Positions 61,813 to 64,000 of a stretch of 64,000 nt of DNA are shown here, piece after piece. This DNA is from Mycoplasmatota bacterium (GTDB lineage: Bacteria; Bacillota_I; Bacilli_A; MAG-NZ), in the NCBI GenBank assembly GCA_018394315.1, contig CP074575.1:62001-126000 (forward strand), written 5' to 3'. The notes beneath the pieces were generated by a model, which saw only the letters and a program-made list of their open reading frames with translations, made no database searches and was not told the origin of the DNA. Position numbers and translations under genes: made by a program. Positions within the stretch are counted from its first letter, which is position 1, and the number at the start of each line of letters is the position of its first letter.

Positions 61813-62796
61813 TTAACTCTTAACGTGTTTTTTATAAAGTTCTACTTTCTCTTTTCCGAATAATACTTCAAAGAATATTTCCTTGTATTTTCTACTGTCA
61901 ACTTTCATTGGAACAATTGAATTTACTGGAAGTTTCCATGAATTAACTAAATCCACAACTGTTTGACCAATAGTAATACCTTTTGTAGAAACCCTCAAGT
62001 TAGAATGATAAATTCCCTCTTCTGGACAAACAGATTGGTCAATTGCATATATTACTGTTAATAAATCATGTATTACGCATCCTGTGTATCTACTATGCTT
62101 CCAATATGACTCTATATAAGGCCCAACCATTTCAAATAATATTTCGCCTAATTTCCCACCTTCAAGTTTCATGAAAGTTAAGTCATTACCTGTAAACACA
62201 GAGGCATGAGTTACATCTAATCCAATCATATGAATAGGTACGTCGGTACCGATACTAAACATAATCTCTACGGCCTTAGCGTCATACCAATAGTTAAACT
62301 CAGCTACTGGAGTAATATTACCTCTATGTACTCCACCACCCATTGTCCATATTACTTTTACTTTTTTCATTGTTTCTGGATCTTTTTCAATTGCTAATGC
62401 GATATTAGTAACTGGTCCTAAAGCTATTATTTCAATTTCACCTGGATTAGCTTTAACAGTTTCTAAAATATAATCAACTGCATGCATATCAGATAATTTA
62501 GACTCATCATAATCTAGTTTTACTCCACCTAAACCATCGGCTCCATGAGTAGCTCCAGCATCTTCACTAACCTTAAGCATAGATTCTCCAGCACCTTTAT
62601 ATACCATACAATCATAGTCCATTAGGTGTACAAGTTTTAGTGCGTTTGTTGTTGTAAATTCAATTCCTTTGTTTCCTGCTACTGTACAAATCCCTAATAC
62701 GTCCATATCTGGTTGTTTCATAGCTGCTATAATTCCATATGCATCATCGATTCCTGGATCTGTATCAAATATTATTTTTCTTTTATCCATTTTCAC
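61813..62796 (-). CDS. Nucleoside hydrolase
   Basis: DTDPGIDD, GPVTN, AEFN, IHD. Confidence 0.92.
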   Translation of the reverse strand: MKMDKRKIIFDTDPGIDDAYGIIAAMKQPDMDVLGICTVAGNKGIEFTTTNALKLVHLMDYDCMVYKGAGESMLKVSEDAGATHGADGLGGVKLDYDESKLSDMHAVDYILETVKANPGEIEIIALGPVTNIALAIEKDPETMKKVKVIWTMGGGVHRGNITPVAEFNYWYDAKAVEIMFSIGTDVPIHMIGLDVTHASVFTGNDLTFMKLEGGKLGEILFEMVGPYIESYWKHSRYTGCVIHDLLTVIYAIDQSVCPEEGIYHSNLRVSTKGITIGQTVVDLVNSWKLPVNSIVPMKVDSRKYKEIFFEVLFGKEKVELYKKHVKS

Positions 62797-62798
62797 AC

Positions 62799-63776
62799 CT
62801 ATTTTAAAATATAACCTTTCTTCTTCATCAGCTCATAATCAGCAACGTGTTCTGGGAATATTGTCTTAAAGAATACGTCAAAGAACTTAACTTTATCAAC
62901 TTCCATACACATCTTTGCATTAATTGGGTAATCGCCATCGAAGTCCGAAGGAACATCAAATCCAACTACAGACTCCCCTATACATAAATCTTCTGTTTCA
63001 ACATCTATATTACATGGATAAGCTTTCATAATTGACTCATCTATTAAGTAAGATACCAATAACGGATCATTAATTATACAACCCAATGTTCTTTCTTGTT
63101 CCCAGTGAAAATCTACATAAAACTGTGTAATATCATAAACATACTGAGCAACTTCTCCACCGAATTGTTTAACCATTTCTCTCATGTTTGGACTAAATAA
63201 GATATCGTATGTTACATCTAATCCAGCTACGGTAACATTAGGTAGATTTGCTTTGAAAAATCTTTTTGCTGCATGCGGATCTACCCAAAAATTATACTCA
63301 GCAACCGGGCTACAGTTACCATGAATTTTAGCAGCTCCACCCATAACAACAATTCTACCGACTTTTCTCATCGTCTCAATATCTTTTTCGATAGCTAAGG
63401 CTAAATTAGTTAATGGCCCTAAAGCACAGATTGTTACTTCATTTGGATTCTCTTTGATAGTATCTAAGATAAAATCAATAGCACCATCATTGGCTTTTCC
63501 CTTAACCTTATAATTCATTCCACTTAATCCATCAGGCCCATGTGTGTCTGTTGCATCTACATAGTCTCTAACAAGTGGTAATTCAGCCCCTTTATATACA
63601 GGAATATCTCTTCCTGCAATTTCTAAAGCTTTAATTGCATTTATACTCCCTTGATTTACTTCAACGTTACCACTAGCAACAGTTATTCCTACAATATTTA
63701 AGTCAGATTTTGCTGCGAGTAATATAGCAAGTGAATCATCAATTCCAGGATCTACATCTAATATTATTTTCTTCAT
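62799..63776 (-). CDS. Nucleoside hydrolase
   Basis: DVDPGIDD, GPLTN, AEYN, INDP. Confidence 0.92.
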   Translation of the reverse strand: MKKIILDVDPGIDDSLAILLAAKSDLNIVGITVASGNVEVNQGSINAIKALEIAGRDIPVYKGAELPLVRDYVDATDTHGPDGLSGMNYKVKGKANDGAIDFILDTIKENPNEVTICALGPLTNLALAIEKDIETMRKVGRIVVMGGAAKIHGNCSPVAEYNFWVDPHAAKRFFKANLPNVTVAGLDVTYDILFSPNMREMVKQFGGEVAQYVYDITQFYVDFHWEQERTLGCIINDPLLVSYLIDESIMKAYPCNIDVETEDLCIGESVVGFDVPSDFDGDYPINAKMCMEVDKVKFFDVFFKTIFPEHVADYELMKKKGYILK

Positions 63777-64000
63777 CTTTCTAGCTCCAAGTCTTCTAAG
63801 TAAGGCATTGCAGTCTGAGCTCCTATCTTTTGAACAGTTTTAGAAGCAACTAAGTTTGCAATTTCGATTGCCTTCTTTAAATTAAAATTATTAAATAAAC
63901 CGTACGCAAGTGCTCCATTGAATGAGTCACCAGCACCGGTTGTATCTACTACATCAACCTTAAATCCTGGTACGTTTACAATACTGTCGCCATTATGGTA
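63773..64000 (-). CDS. Ribokinase/PfkB kinase C-terminus (runs off window end)
   Basis: Manual translation VDVVDTTGAGDSFNGALA...GAQTAMP; ATGA overlap with the next gene. Confidence 0.85.
   Translation of the reverse strand, partial: YHNGDSIVNVPGFKVDVVDTTGAGDSFNGALAYGLFNNFNLKKAIEIANLVASKTVQKIGAQTAMPYLEDLELER

Noticed and set aside
787..62869. Many short ORFs antisense to long genes (e.g. 787-1053, 1527-1838, 11062-11331, 21408-21782, 37193-37519)
   Set aside because: Shadow frames of well-supported genes, with no SD or motifs
1..64000. CRISPR array or rRNA genes
   Set aside because: No regularly spaced repeats, cas genes or rRNA-like sequence seen

Overview
AT-rich bacterial DNA (Firmicutes/Mollicutes-like by composition and Shine-Dalgarno style; TGA is used as a stop) in four blocks. 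(1) 1-12.4 kb: anaerobic purine/urate catabolism cluster (ssnA, ygeW, ygeY, dpaL, a PLP enzyme, a fused Se-dependent-type xanthine dehydrogenase and divergent xdhABC). The ygeW operon has a 170-nt structured, switch-like leader. An IS3-family element then sits in the loop of a bidirectional terminator, followed by an APH-like kinase under a leader-peptide attenuator. (2) About 15.35-40.5 kb: a decayed composite defence island. It carries tRNA 3'-end relics, integrase/ISL3/ParA/recombinase remnants and a DpnII-type R-M locus. It also carries a three-gene Druantia-III-like system (911-aa protein + DEAH/DUF1998 helicase + NERD nuclease-helicase), a ThsB-TIR / DRHyd-TPR / TIR cassette and a DUF3883 nuclease. 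(3) 40.7-53.7 kb: 13-gene Mbx/MBS-type Mrp-linked oxidoreductase that lacks the NiFe ligands, with a fused ferredoxin-GltD subunit, near a YhaM/CyuA cysteine desulfidase. (4) 54-64 kb: nucleoside salvage locus with four nucleoside hydrolases, an ECF transporter, two MFS transporters and ribokinase. All assignments come from motif recognition by eye; no searches were run.
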